53,072 nucleotides of DNA from Candidatus Levybacteria bacterium CG2_30_37_29 (GCA_001873215.1 MNYS01000006.1:1767-54838); one strand, 5' to 3'; positions 25,867 through 33,055 are shown, counted from the first letter of the stretch. The notes: generated by a model from the letters alone, not told the origin. Program-made: numbers and translations.

Positions 25867-26682
25867 TTACTTTCCAAAGAAGAAGAGGCCAAAAAGAAAA
25901 ATTGCAACTGCAATCCTGTAAATTCCGAATGGAATAAAGCTGTATTTTTTGACGTACGAGAGCAGCCATTTGATAGCAAAAATTGCAACAACAAATGATG
26001 TTATAATTCCTATACCAAGCGCAATCCATTCGTTTGTACTGAAATAAAAGCTCGTTTTGACAAGGTCAAGTCCTGTTGCCGCAAGCATTGTAGGGATTGC
26101 AAGTAAAAATGAGAATTCTACGGCTGTTTTTCGATCCATTCCCATTAACATTCCGCCGAAAATTGTTGCGGCAGCTCGTGAGACTCCCGGAACAACAGAA
26201 ATTGACTGGATAATGCCTATAATTACTGCGTTTTTATATGAAACAGTAGCAATAGATTGATGATTTATGACCTGCCTGCCGGCAGGCACGGTTGATGATT
26301 TCTGATTTTTACGTTTGAGGTAGAGTTCGAGCGCAATAAGAGCTATTCCTCCAAGCGCAAGTGACCACAAAACCACGCTTGAATTTCCAAGTAAATACTG
26401 TTTGATGAGTTTATATAGTAAAAATCCTATAACTCCGGTTGGGATAAAAGCGGCCAAAACCTTTTTTAGCGATTCGGTTTTTGTCATAATATCTTTCCAA
26501 TACAACGCGATTACGGCCAGAATTGCGCCTGATTGTATGGCAATTTCAAATGTTTTGACAAAATCTGTTTGGCTAATACTTAAAAGTTTGCTTGCTAAAA
26601 TAAGATGGCCCGTTGAGGAAATAGGGAGGAATTCGGTGATTCCTTCAACAATTCCTAAAATTATTGCTTGAAAGATATCCAT
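25867..26682 (-). CDS. uppP: Undecaprenyl-diphosphate phosphatase with an in-frame repeat insertion in the central loop
   Basis: Motifs GIVEGITEFLPISSTGHL and PGVSRAAATI. The insert is KSSTVPAGRQVINHQSIA. Confidence 0.9.
   Translation of the reverse strand: MDIFQAIILGIVEGITEFLPISSTGHLILASKLLSISQTDFVKTFEIAIQSGAILAVIALYWKDIMTKTESLKKVLAAFIPTGVIGFLLYKLIKQYLLGNSSVVLWSLALGGIALIALELYLKRKNQKSSTVPAGRQVINHQSIATVSYKNAVIIGIIQSISVVPGVSRAAATIFGGMLMGMDRKTAVEFSFLLAIPTMLAATGLDLVKTSFYFSTNEWIALGIGIITSFVVAIFAIKWLLSYVKKYSFIPFGIYRIAVAIFLFGLFFFGK
26271..26290. repeat. PAGRQ-element copy in frame in uppP, abutting a TGATGATTTATGA word repeat
   Basis: The plus strand reads CCTGCCTGCCGGCAGGCACG, which encodes TVPAGRQVI on the minus strand. 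Confidence 0.85.
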
Positions 26683-26710
26683 AAGCGTTTTTTGTTTAGC
26701 GTTTAGTTAA

Positions 26711-27088
26711 TTAGCGTTTAGGGTTTAGTTGACCAATCTTTATAATCATAACATGAAGCATGCGTGAAACTTCATTAACCAAGCTTTCAATATCATTGTA
26801 CGAGTTTATATTACCAAATTTTAAGTCTCTTGCTATGGTTAGTTGAGTTTCCAGTTCCAGCAATGATCCGTACGCTATTGAATAGAACTGTGAATATTCC
26901 CTAGAAGATTTTCTTGCATAACCCTCTGCTATATTTGATGGAATTGAAACTGCGGCTCGGCGCATTTGAGAGCTTAAACCATAAATTTCCGATTGAGGAA
27001 AGTTGTTTGTTAGTTTGTAAATTTCTTTTACAAGAGAAATTGATTTCTGCCACACAATTAGTTCTTTGTAAGATTTTATTGATGACAT
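26711..27088 (-). CDS. Four-helix-bundle protein (23S rRNA IVS protein / Avd-like family)
   Basis: Hallmark motifs YKELIVWQKSISLVKEIYKLTNNFPQSEIYGLSSQMRRAAVSIPSNIAEGYAR and GSLLELETQL. Confidence 0.85.
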   Translation of the reverse strand: MSSIKSYKELIVWQKSISLVKEIYKLTNNFPQSEIYGLSSQMRRAAVSIPSNIAEGYARKSSREYSQFYSIAYGSLLELETQLTIARDLKFGNINSYNDIESLVNEVSRMLHVMIIKIGQLNPKR

Positions 27089-27120
27089 AACTAAACGCTA
27101 ATTCCTAAATAACTAAACCC

Positions 27121-28503
27121 TTATCGCATCACAAGTGATGCGATTGTTGCTGCTCCTGCGATGGTCATAATCGCGACGGTTACATACCCCAAGATATTTG
27201 TATGTACACGGTTTTTCCATTCACCCATAATTTTTTTGTTGCTTGAGATGGTCACGATAAGAATAAGAATTACCGGGGCAATAAGTCCGTTGGTCACAGC
27301 AGAGTAGATAAGCATTTTTATAGGGTCAATTCCTATAAAATTTACCCCAAGCCCTATGAGTAGTGAAAAAATTATAACTCCGTAGAAAGAATAGGCGTCG
27401 TTTAGCTTTCTGTTCAGACCAAACCTCCATTGAAGAGCCTCTGAAATTGCGTATGCGGATGAGCCTGCAAGAATTGGTATTGCAAGCATTCCCGTTCCTA
27501 TAATTCCAAGTGTGAAAAGAAGATATGCGCCGTCTCCTGCAAGCGGACGCAAGGCTTCTGCTGCCTGCGAAGCAGTTTGGATATTGGTTATTCCTTTTGG
27601 AAAAAGAGTTGCAGCGCACGCCGCAATTATAAAATACATGACCAAATTTGAGACAAACATTCCTGACCAAACATCAACTCTCATGCGTTTTACTGCCCGC
27701 GGAGTCGTGCCGCGGCGCATAGCAAGTGTTATTTTTCCTTGCAGTATTTCTTCTTCAATTTCTTGAGACGTTTGCCAGAAAAAAAGATAAGGAGAAATTG
27801 TTGTGCCTAAAATCGCGCAGATTAAGAACGCTTGGTTTCCTGAAAATGACAGAGAAGGCAAGACGGTATTTTTTAAAAGTTGTGAAAAGTCCAAATTGAT
27901 ACTTAATGCAGAGAAAATATATGAAACAAGAATTAAAGCCAAAAACTTCAAATATTTTGCGTATCGTTCATAGCTTGTGAAAATTTGCAGCCCAACACAT
28001 ATCGCTGTGAAACTAAAAATAAGGTAAATAAAATCTATTTTTGGAACAAGAAGGCGGGTTGCATCTGCCATGGCACCAAGGTCAGCTCCTATATTCAAAG
28101 TATTTGCGACAAGCAAAAGTATGGTACATGTATAAATTACCCAAGGTGGAAAAAACTTTCTGATATTGGCTGCCAATCCGCGCCCCGTAACAAGTCCGAT
28201 TCGCGCGCACATCTCTTGAACTACAGCCATAAGAGGAAAAGTGAAAGTTGCAAGCCAGAGAAGTTGGAAACCGTATTGAGCGCCTGTTTGGGAATAAGTT
28301 GCAATTCCTGATGGATCATCGTCCGCCGCGCCTGTTGTTAGGCCCGGTCCCAAAGTCTGCCAGTACCTTTTTGCCCGTCTTACATGACTTTGTGTTACAG
28401 CATTATGTATTTGCTGAGAAGTATTTACCGTTTTATCCAAAATAACGGCTGGGGTTTCAACAACCCTTTCAACAGACCTTCTACTAAAAATGCTTTTAAT
28501 CAC
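27121..28503 (-). CDS. NRAMP-family divalent metal cation transporter
   Basis: Motif GPGLTTGAADDDPSGIATYSQTGAQYGFQLLW with about 11 TM segments. It starts with GTG, with AAGAGG upstream. Confidence 0.85.
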   Translation of the reverse strand: MIKSIFSRRSVERVVETPAVILDKTVNTSQQIHNAVTQSHVRRAKRYWQTLGPGLTTGAADDDPSGIATYSQTGAQYGFQLLWLATFTFPLMAVVQEMCARIGLVTGRGLAANIRKFFPPWVIYTCTILLLVANTLNIGADLGAMADATRLLVPKIDFIYLIFSFTAICVGLQIFTSYERYAKYLKFLALILVSYIFSALSINLDFSQLLKNTVLPSLSFSGNQAFLICAILGTTISPYLFFWQTSQEIEEEILQGKITLAMRRGTTPRAVKRMRVDVWSGMFVSNLVMYFIIAACAATLFPKGITNIQTASQAAEALRPLAGDGAYLLFTLGIIGTGMLAIPILAGSSAYAISEALQWRFGLNRKLNDAYSFYGVIIFSLLIGLGVNFIGIDPIKMLIYSAVTNGLIAPVILILIVTISSNKKIMGEWKNRVHTNILGYVTVAIMTIAGAATIASLVMR

Positions 28504-28607
28504 GTGAAAATAACCTCTTATTAATTATTTTCACCAAACGAGAAGAAAAGCAAGGACTGATTCGCCGTTTTTGTTTTCGTTTTACATTTTCGTGGGTATA
28601 ATTCACC

Positions 28608-28636
28608 TTGACTTTTTCAAAATCTCATTTTATACT
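28608..28636 (+). promoter_or_regulatory. Sigma70-like promoter (TTGACT, 17 nt, TATACT) with no downstream CDS
   Basis: Read directly from the sequence. It faces away from the NRAMP gene, towards a structured region and the tRNA cluster. Confidence 0.45.
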
Positions 28637-28962
28637 AAGTATGCTCTTAAGTGAAAAGTGGAAGCGGAATGTTTTCCTCTATACTTTTTTCGAAACTGGG
28701 GTAGTTTTTCGCCAAAAGCGGAGAGCAACGAGAAATTTTTGTTTACCCCGAGGGGTATGCAAGGTTTTTTTCCCAATTGATGTTTCGGGGAATTACCACT
28801 TCCAGCTTGCACTTGAGGGCGAAGTTATTAATAAATAGGTAGGGTTTAGCGTTTAGTTGCTAGGGTTTAGTTTATCAGTAGTTTAGATTTTAACCTTAGT
28901 GGGTGTTTCTTCCTTTTTTTCTTCACCTTTGATACAATTCCTTTAGGTTTTAGGTTTTAGGT

Positions 28963-29086
28963 TGCCGATGTAACCCAGTTGGTACCTGCCTGCCGGCAGG
29001 CAGGGAGTAGCTCTTTCGCCCCAGCACTTTCTTTCCAAATTTGCTAAAATTTGGAATTAGAAATGCGGGGTCCCGTAAAATCGGCT
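28963..29086 (+). pseudogene. tRNA-Thr-like remnant: the 5' half is disrupted by a PAGRQ palindrome in the D-loop and by a hairpin-containing insert after the anticodon-loop start
   Basis: GCCGATGTAACCCAGTTGGTA[CCTGCCTGCCGGCAGGCAGG]GAGTAGCTCTTTCG matches the D-arm and anticodon-stem 5' side of the adjacent tRNA-Thr. It then diverges (CCAAATTT-GCTA-AAATTTGG hairpin) and ends ...AAAATCGGCT, which pairs with the GCCGAT start. No intact T-arm is present. Confidence 0.35.
28986..29003. repeat. PAGRQ-element copy inside the tRNA-like remnant
   Basis: CTGCCTGCCGGCAGGCAG is a perfect 18-bp palindrome. Confidence 0.9.
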
Positions 29087-29087
29087 T

Positions 29088-29159
29088 GCCTGAGTAACTC
29101 AGTGGTAGAGTAGCTCTTTCGTAAAGAGCAAGTCGTGGGTTCGAATCCCACCTCAGGCT
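29088..29159 (+). tRNA. tRNA-Thr (anticodon CGT)
   Basis: Cloverleaf folded by hand. Acceptor GCCTGAG/CTCAGGC, D-arm ACTC-AGTGGTA-GAGT, anticodon arm GCTCT-TTCGTAA-AGAGC, T-arm GTGGG-TTCGAAT-CCCAC. No encoded CCA. Confidence 0.9.
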
Positions 29160-29288
29160 CACATCTTGCAAGCACGATTTGTACTGGGATAAAGAGTAAG
29201 TCCCGAGTTCGATTCTCACCGTTGGCTCAAATATTCCTCCCCCTCTATTTATTTGCTTTTCTAAAAATTAAGAGTATATTGATAGACT

Positions 29289-30299
29289 ATGACAGAAAGA
29301 AAATTTAACAGGCGTCAATTTGGAAGAATAGGCGTGGGTGCTACCGCTATGGCTTTTGGTATAGGAGTACGTACGGATTCTGATTTAAGGAATTATTTAG
29401 GCACATTATTTAATGAAGATGTAGATCATAGATTTATCAACAAGCAAGCTCTCCTCTGTGCAAATGAGTGCGGGGATGCAAAAATACCGTTCAGCTTGGC
29501 TTTTGATACAGGACAATTGCCATACAAGCTTCTTGTCCCCGGACTTTCTAAAGCAAACTATCCAGATGTGCCGGATGGTTGGGATTGGAAATTTATTCCA
29601 ATGCTTGCCGCTGATGGTCTGCCGCCGCCAGAACCAAAAAAACCGGAGAGGCCAAAATGGAGCCGCGAAGTTCTCCTAAACCCTGTTTTTAAGGGCCCAA
29701 GTGATCGTCCTTTGGTTGCTTTGACAGTAGATGACGGGTATTTTAACCGCGATGAAATTTTGCAAACAATTGTTGATATGAATGCTTCAGCGACATTTTT
29801 AATAATTGGTTCGGTTATGGATTCTGACCCTAATTTTATTATTAAGGCCAACAATTCTGGAAGAATTACATGGGGAAATCACACATATACCCACATGGAT
29901 TTATCGGCAAAAAGCGTCGATCAAATTCAAAGTGAACTTGGAAGAACTGAAGAAGCCCTCAAAAGAATATGTGGCGCTACAACAATTCCTGTAATGCGTC
30001 CGCCCGGAGGATCAAGGAGCAACACTTCAATTGCGGCCGCTGCAGATTTAGGTCTTAGAACATTTATGTGGAATGTTTCCGGTGATGCGGGGACTCAATG
30101 GACATCTAATAATCCTCAAGCTCTGGTCAATTATTATATGGGTCTTTTGGATGCTCAAACAAATCCGTGGGGATCAATTGTTCTTTTACATTTTAGGACT
30201 TCAACTTCCGCAGCATTGCCGGGAATTATAAAAGGAATCCGCGCCCGCGGAATGGAACCGGTATCTTTTGATAAACTGTATGAAGGCGGAAGAGTCTAG
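29289..30299 (+). CDS. Polysaccharide deacetylase (NodB homology domain) with Tat-like signal
   Basis: The N-terminus NRRQFGRIGVGATAMAFG looks like a Tat signal. Catalytic motifs are ALTVDDGY, GNHTYTHMDL and MRPPGG. Confidence 0.8.
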   Translation: MTERKFNRRQFGRIGVGATAMAFGIGVRTDSDLRNYLGTLFNEDVDHRFINKQALLCANECGDAKIPFSLAFDTGQLPYKLLVPGLSKANYPDVPDGWDWKFIPMLAADGLPPPEPKKPERPKWSREVLLNPVFKGPSDRPLVALTVDDGYFNRDEILQTIVDMNASATFLIIGSVMDSDPNFIIKANNSGRITWGNHTYTHMDLSAKSVDQIQSELGRTEEALKRICGATTIPVMRPPGGSRSNTSIAAAADLGLRTFMWNVSGDAGTQWTSNNPQALVNYYMGLLDAQTNPWGSIVLLHFRTSTSAALPGIIKGIRARGMEPVSFDKLYEGGRV

Positions 30300-30356
30300 G
30301 ACAGCACTACATTTAATCTTATAGTTTTATAATTGTTTTTTTGCTATAATATCCTC

Positions 30357-30917
30357 ATGCAAAAAGAACAAAGTATCAGGCGTATAGAAAAAATATTTGA
30401 CGCACTCGCTCAAGGGTATCCTGCCGGAGAAATTGATGAGCTTATTGAGTTGCAGATAAGACAAGAGAAAGAAATGATTAATCGCGCAGAAGCCGGTTTT
30501 CGTGGTGATAGCTCAGAGAAAAACATTGCAGAAATTGTTTCAGTTCTTCCCTATGTGACTTCGGTACGATGAACACAAAAATTCAGCGAAGAAGACAAAG
30601 AGGGAATCGATATTGTTGTTGGGTTGGATGATGACATATTGCCCGTTGTTTATGTACAGGTGAAATCGAGTAATCACGCAATCTGGTTCTTTGAAAGAGA
30701 AAAAAAGAGACACTTTGGTATTACCGGTTCTGAATTAGATAATTGGTTAATGGAAAATGGATTGTTAATTATAAACGGCGCACAATCAGAAAAATATATT
30801 TTGGATAAATTTGTGAGTAAATTAAATAAAATTAGAAACTACAAAATTCTTGAAGGGAATCCTACGGGAATACCGCCTCTTATCCATCGTCCAGTTCAAG
30901 CAAGCATTGTCCCATAG
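30357..30917 (+). pseudogene. One reading frame interrupted by a single in-frame TGA (30570-30572): a pseudogene, or two small ORFs
   Basis: ORFs 30333..30572 and 30624..30917 are in the same frame (offset 291 nt). The frame reopens immediately after the TGA. The second ORF has no ATG or RBS near its beginning. Confidence 0.4.
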
Positions 30918-31035
30918 TTTGACTTTTGCTTCATTTTCTGTTAGCATTTCCACATTGAATTTCTTTTCGTTTGGGTATTTGCGTGCCTAAAAACGTATTG
31001 AAATTCTTATTTCCCGATTGATTCGGGATTGCTCT

Positions 31036-31064
31036 TTGACAACTTGCGAAAGATTTAATAATAA
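31036..31064 (+). promoter_or_regulatory. Candidate promoter of island 2 (TTGACA, 17 nt, TAATAA); the spacer is the left inverted repeat
   Basis: The -35 is perfect and the -10 is weak. The palindrome TCCCGATTGATTCGGGA (31012-31028) lies just upstream and the 14-bp palindrome TAGCTATATAGCTA (31082-31095) just downstream. Confidence 0.35.
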
Positions 31065-31106
31065 ATTGCTATTTGGCCAGTTAGCTATATAGCTATTAAT
31101 TTTTTT

Positions 31107-31194
31107 GTGGGTGGCAACGCGCGCAGAGCGCGCAATTTTTAATTTTTAATTTTTAATTTTAAATTGCAGGTAAGCTGCTCGGGTTGCCACCTAC
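31107..31194 (+). ncRNA. Structured leader of island 2: a 12-bp outer stem enclosing the GCGCGC-AGA-GCGCGC hairpin, an AT-rich word-repeat linker and the GCAG-GTAAG-CTGC hairpin
   Basis: GTGGGTGGCAAC (31107-31118) pairs with GTTGCCACCTAC (31183-31194), giving 11 Watson-Crick pairs plus 1 G-U. The inner hairpin is followed by AATTTTTAATTTTT, which is terminator-like. Confidence 0.45.
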
Positions 31195-31234
31195 AAGGTG
31201 AGTTTTTAACCCCAAGGAGGGTAAATAGGAGGAA

Positions 31235-31555
31235 GTGACCGAAGGTTACGACCTCAAGGAGGGTCCGATCATCAAGTTGGATCCGGTCGGAAGACACGGA
31301 TACGTACTCGATGAAACGACAGGTAAGCCTTACTTTTTCTACTTTACTCATCGCCGCATGGCCGTGATTTTTCGCGGACATGTCGACTTTGGGAACAAGA
31401 CGACTAAGCAAGGATTTCACCTTCGCGCAGCGATTCGATGTGTATTCACACTAACGAAAAACGTACGCGGAGAAACCGTAGTCCATCGTATCGCACCAGC
31501 GGACGATTGGCACAACCTTGAGATATCAATCTCGTCAAACACCAGTTTGGCGTAG
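31235..31555 (+). CDS. Island-2 ORF1, small beta-rich protein; possible OB/cold-shock-like fold (weak)
   Basis: GTG start with AAGGAGG/AGGAGG upstream. GPIIKLDPVGRHGYVLDETTGKPYFFYFTH loosely resembles a CSD core; this rests on inference only. Confidence 0.45.
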   Translation: MTEGYDLKEGPIIKLDPVGRHGYVLDETTGKPYFFYFTHRRMAVIFRGHVDFGNKTTKQGFHLRAAIRCVFTLTKNVRGETVVHRIAPADDWHNLEISISSNTSLA

Positions 31556-31596
31556 ATACGACCGGAATTCAGACAAGCGCATGGAGGCGCAAGTAA

Positions 31597-31881
31597 ATGA
31601 TACAGTTCAGCATCTCCTTTGGAGAAGCTCAAATCCTGAGGCCCGCGCTCCAGGAAAATTTCTCGCGCATGGATGCGGGGCAGGCACAGGTGCTCTTGAG
31701 TATCGCAAAACGTTTCGAAATGTTCGGAATCGCATTTGCGGTAGACGAAACGCCGTATGCAGGCTCAATTCCACATTCTTACATGAGGGCAACCTTTTCC
31801 CCCGAATTTTTGGGACTGGTCAAGGCCATTCTCATGGGGAACACCATCGGATCGGACGGGAAGTCCTTCATCGTCCCTTAG
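31597..31881 (+). CDS. Island-2 ORF2, hypothetical 94-aa protein
   Basis: ATG preceded by GGAGG at about 9 nt. No family recognised. Confidence 0.45.
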   Translation: MIQFSISFGEAQILRPALQENFSRMDAGQAQVLLSIAKRFEMFGIAFAVDETPYAGSIPHSYMRATFSPEFLGLVKAILMGNTIGSDGKSFIVP

Positions 31882-31952
31882 GGCAATACCCGAGAGCGGT
31901 AAAGGACTAAGCCCGAATAGCGACAATTAGACAGAACCGATGGGAGGGTTCT

Positions 31953-32165
31953 ATGAGTCAAGATACAGCAGTCAAGCTAGCCATTTGGGTCTTTGCGGGC
32001 GTCATCGCGCTCCTCCTCGCGGCAGCCGTGGCGTTCACCGTCAATATCTGGAAGGGTGTCGAGCGGAACGGAAAGTTCTCTCTTGTAGCCATCTGGGTAC
32101 TGTTCGCCATGATCATCGCGTGCACAACAGCAGGAGCTGCGCTGTACGTCGTCGTCCTGACCTAG
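31953..32165 (+). CDS. Island-2 ORF3, 70-aa two-TM membrane protein
   Basis: ATG preceded by GGGAGGG. Two hydrophobic helices (LAIWVFAGVIALLLAAAVAF and LVAIWVLFAMIIACTTAGAALYVVV). Confidence 0.55.
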   Translation: MSQDTAVKLAIWVFAGVIALLLAAAVAFTVNIWKGVERNGKFSLVAIWVLFAMIIACTTAGAALYVVVLT

Positions 32166-32221
32166 TTCGGTAGCCATCCGAACAGCGAATCGGAGTTCAA
32201 GCACACATGGAGGTGTAGCTA

Positions 32222-32524
32222 ATGTCAATTGAGGGAGGACCCGGGGGTAGTGTCGAGCGAGAACCTGGAATCAGGTCAGCTCAGGCATCAACTTTGCGGG
32301 TTAACTGTCGCTTTTGCGAAGGCTCCGGGCTCGGCCTCCTACGTCCCGACGAATCGGGCGAAGCTTTCTTCTGCGCAGCGTGCGACGGCCATGGATTCAT
32401 TACGGCTACACGCTTCACAGGTTTGAGGGTTCTTGCTTCGGTGAAAAAGGTTTCACGGCACCCTGACGCGCAGGGAAATCCCGTGACCTACAAGGGATTT
32501 CTTGCAGGGAAGCGGCCGACCTAA
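32222..32524 (+). CDS. Island-2 ORF4, small DnaJ-type zinc-finger protein (two CxxCxGxG motifs)
   Basis: ATG preceded by GGAGGTG. The motifs are CRFCEGSG and CAACDGHG. Its stop codon is the first triplet of the right inverted repeat. Confidence 0.55.
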   Translation: MSIEGGPGGSVEREPGIRSAQASTLRVNCRFCEGSGLGLLRPDESGEAFFCAACDGHGFITATRFTGLRVLASVKKVSRHPDAQGNPVTYKGFLAGKRPT

Positions 32525-32705
32525 ATCTTTCGCAAGTACGTATCAGTCTTTACCCAAGCGGCAAAAGGGCCAAAAGCCCACGCATCTGCCGTAGAGGTAG
32601 GACAAAGATACTCCCGAGTTTCTCGGGTACACACACGTGCCGCCGCTTCCTTCACAGGAAACGGCGGCACACCACAACTTTTCCTCTATTACTTTTAATT
32701 TCCTC

Positions 32706-32925
32706 TGCGTCTTTTGAAAAGACGCCCAAAACTTCTTGCGAGTGAAGCCGGACTATTTTTGTTCGTTCACTTGTCGGGTGATTTCACCCCTTCCTCGATC
32801 CTTCGGACGAGGAATCCCCCTGACGCATTCACTCACAAAAACTTAACGTCCTAATGCTTCAATCGCAAGGAGAAAGCATAAATACAAGCGACGAACATGA
32901 GAGCTTTCACGGCGAATCGCCGACT
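32706..32925 (+). repeat. Hairpin-rich intergenic repeat family, copy E
   Basis: Contains GCGTCTTTTGAAAAGACGCCCAAAACTTCTTGCGAGT, the block CATTCACTCAC and the end GCTTTCACGGCGAATCGCCGAC. Confidence 0.7.
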
Positions 32926-32983
32926 AGAATTTGAGACTTTATTGTTTAATAATTTCCCTTTTCTTTGTTATAATATTCTTTGC

Positions 32984-33055
32984 GCCGAAGTAACTCAGCG
33001 GTAGAGTAGCTGTTTTGTAAACAGCAAGTCGCGGGTTCGAATCCCGCCTTCGGCT
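32984..33055 (+). tRNA. tRNA-Thr (anticodon TGT)
   Basis: Acceptor GCCGAAG/CTTCGGC, D-arm ACTC-AGCGGTA-GAGT, anticodon arm GCTGT-TTTGTAA-ACAGC, T-arm GCGGG-TTCGAAT-CCCGC. Confidence 0.9.

Larger units (their letters stand above)
31005..32700 (+). other. GC-rich compositional island 2: palindrome, promoter, structured leader, 4 Shine-Dalgarno-led small ORFs and terminal hairpins. The ORFs are bracketed by a perfect 16-bp inverted repeat.
   Basis: ACTTGCGAAAGATTTA (31042-31057) is the exact reverse complement of TAAATCTTTCGCAAGT (32522-32537). Composition changes sharply relative to the flanks. Hairpins CCCGAG-TTT-CTCGGG and GTGCCGCCG..CGGCGGCAC lie at the 3' end. Confidence 0.75.

Noticed and set aside
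28504-28700. Mn-sensing yybP-ykoY-type riboswitch in the 5' region of the NRAMP transporter
   Set aside because: The minus-strand leader lacks the conserved GGGGAGUAG and UUGACA-type elements. The only GGGGTAG-like string is on the wrong strand.
30570-30572. UGA reassignment (genetic code 4 or 25), as in some candidate phyla
   Set aside because: Well-supported genes terminate at TGA at the expected protein ends (14737..16488 and 12336..13187). Long ORFs do not require TGA readthrough elsewhere.
31042-32537. Island 2 as a classical IS element or transposon
   Set aside because: No transposase or recombinase ORF lies between the inverted repeats, and I could not see target-site duplications. 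It could at most be a non-autonomous or invertible cassette.
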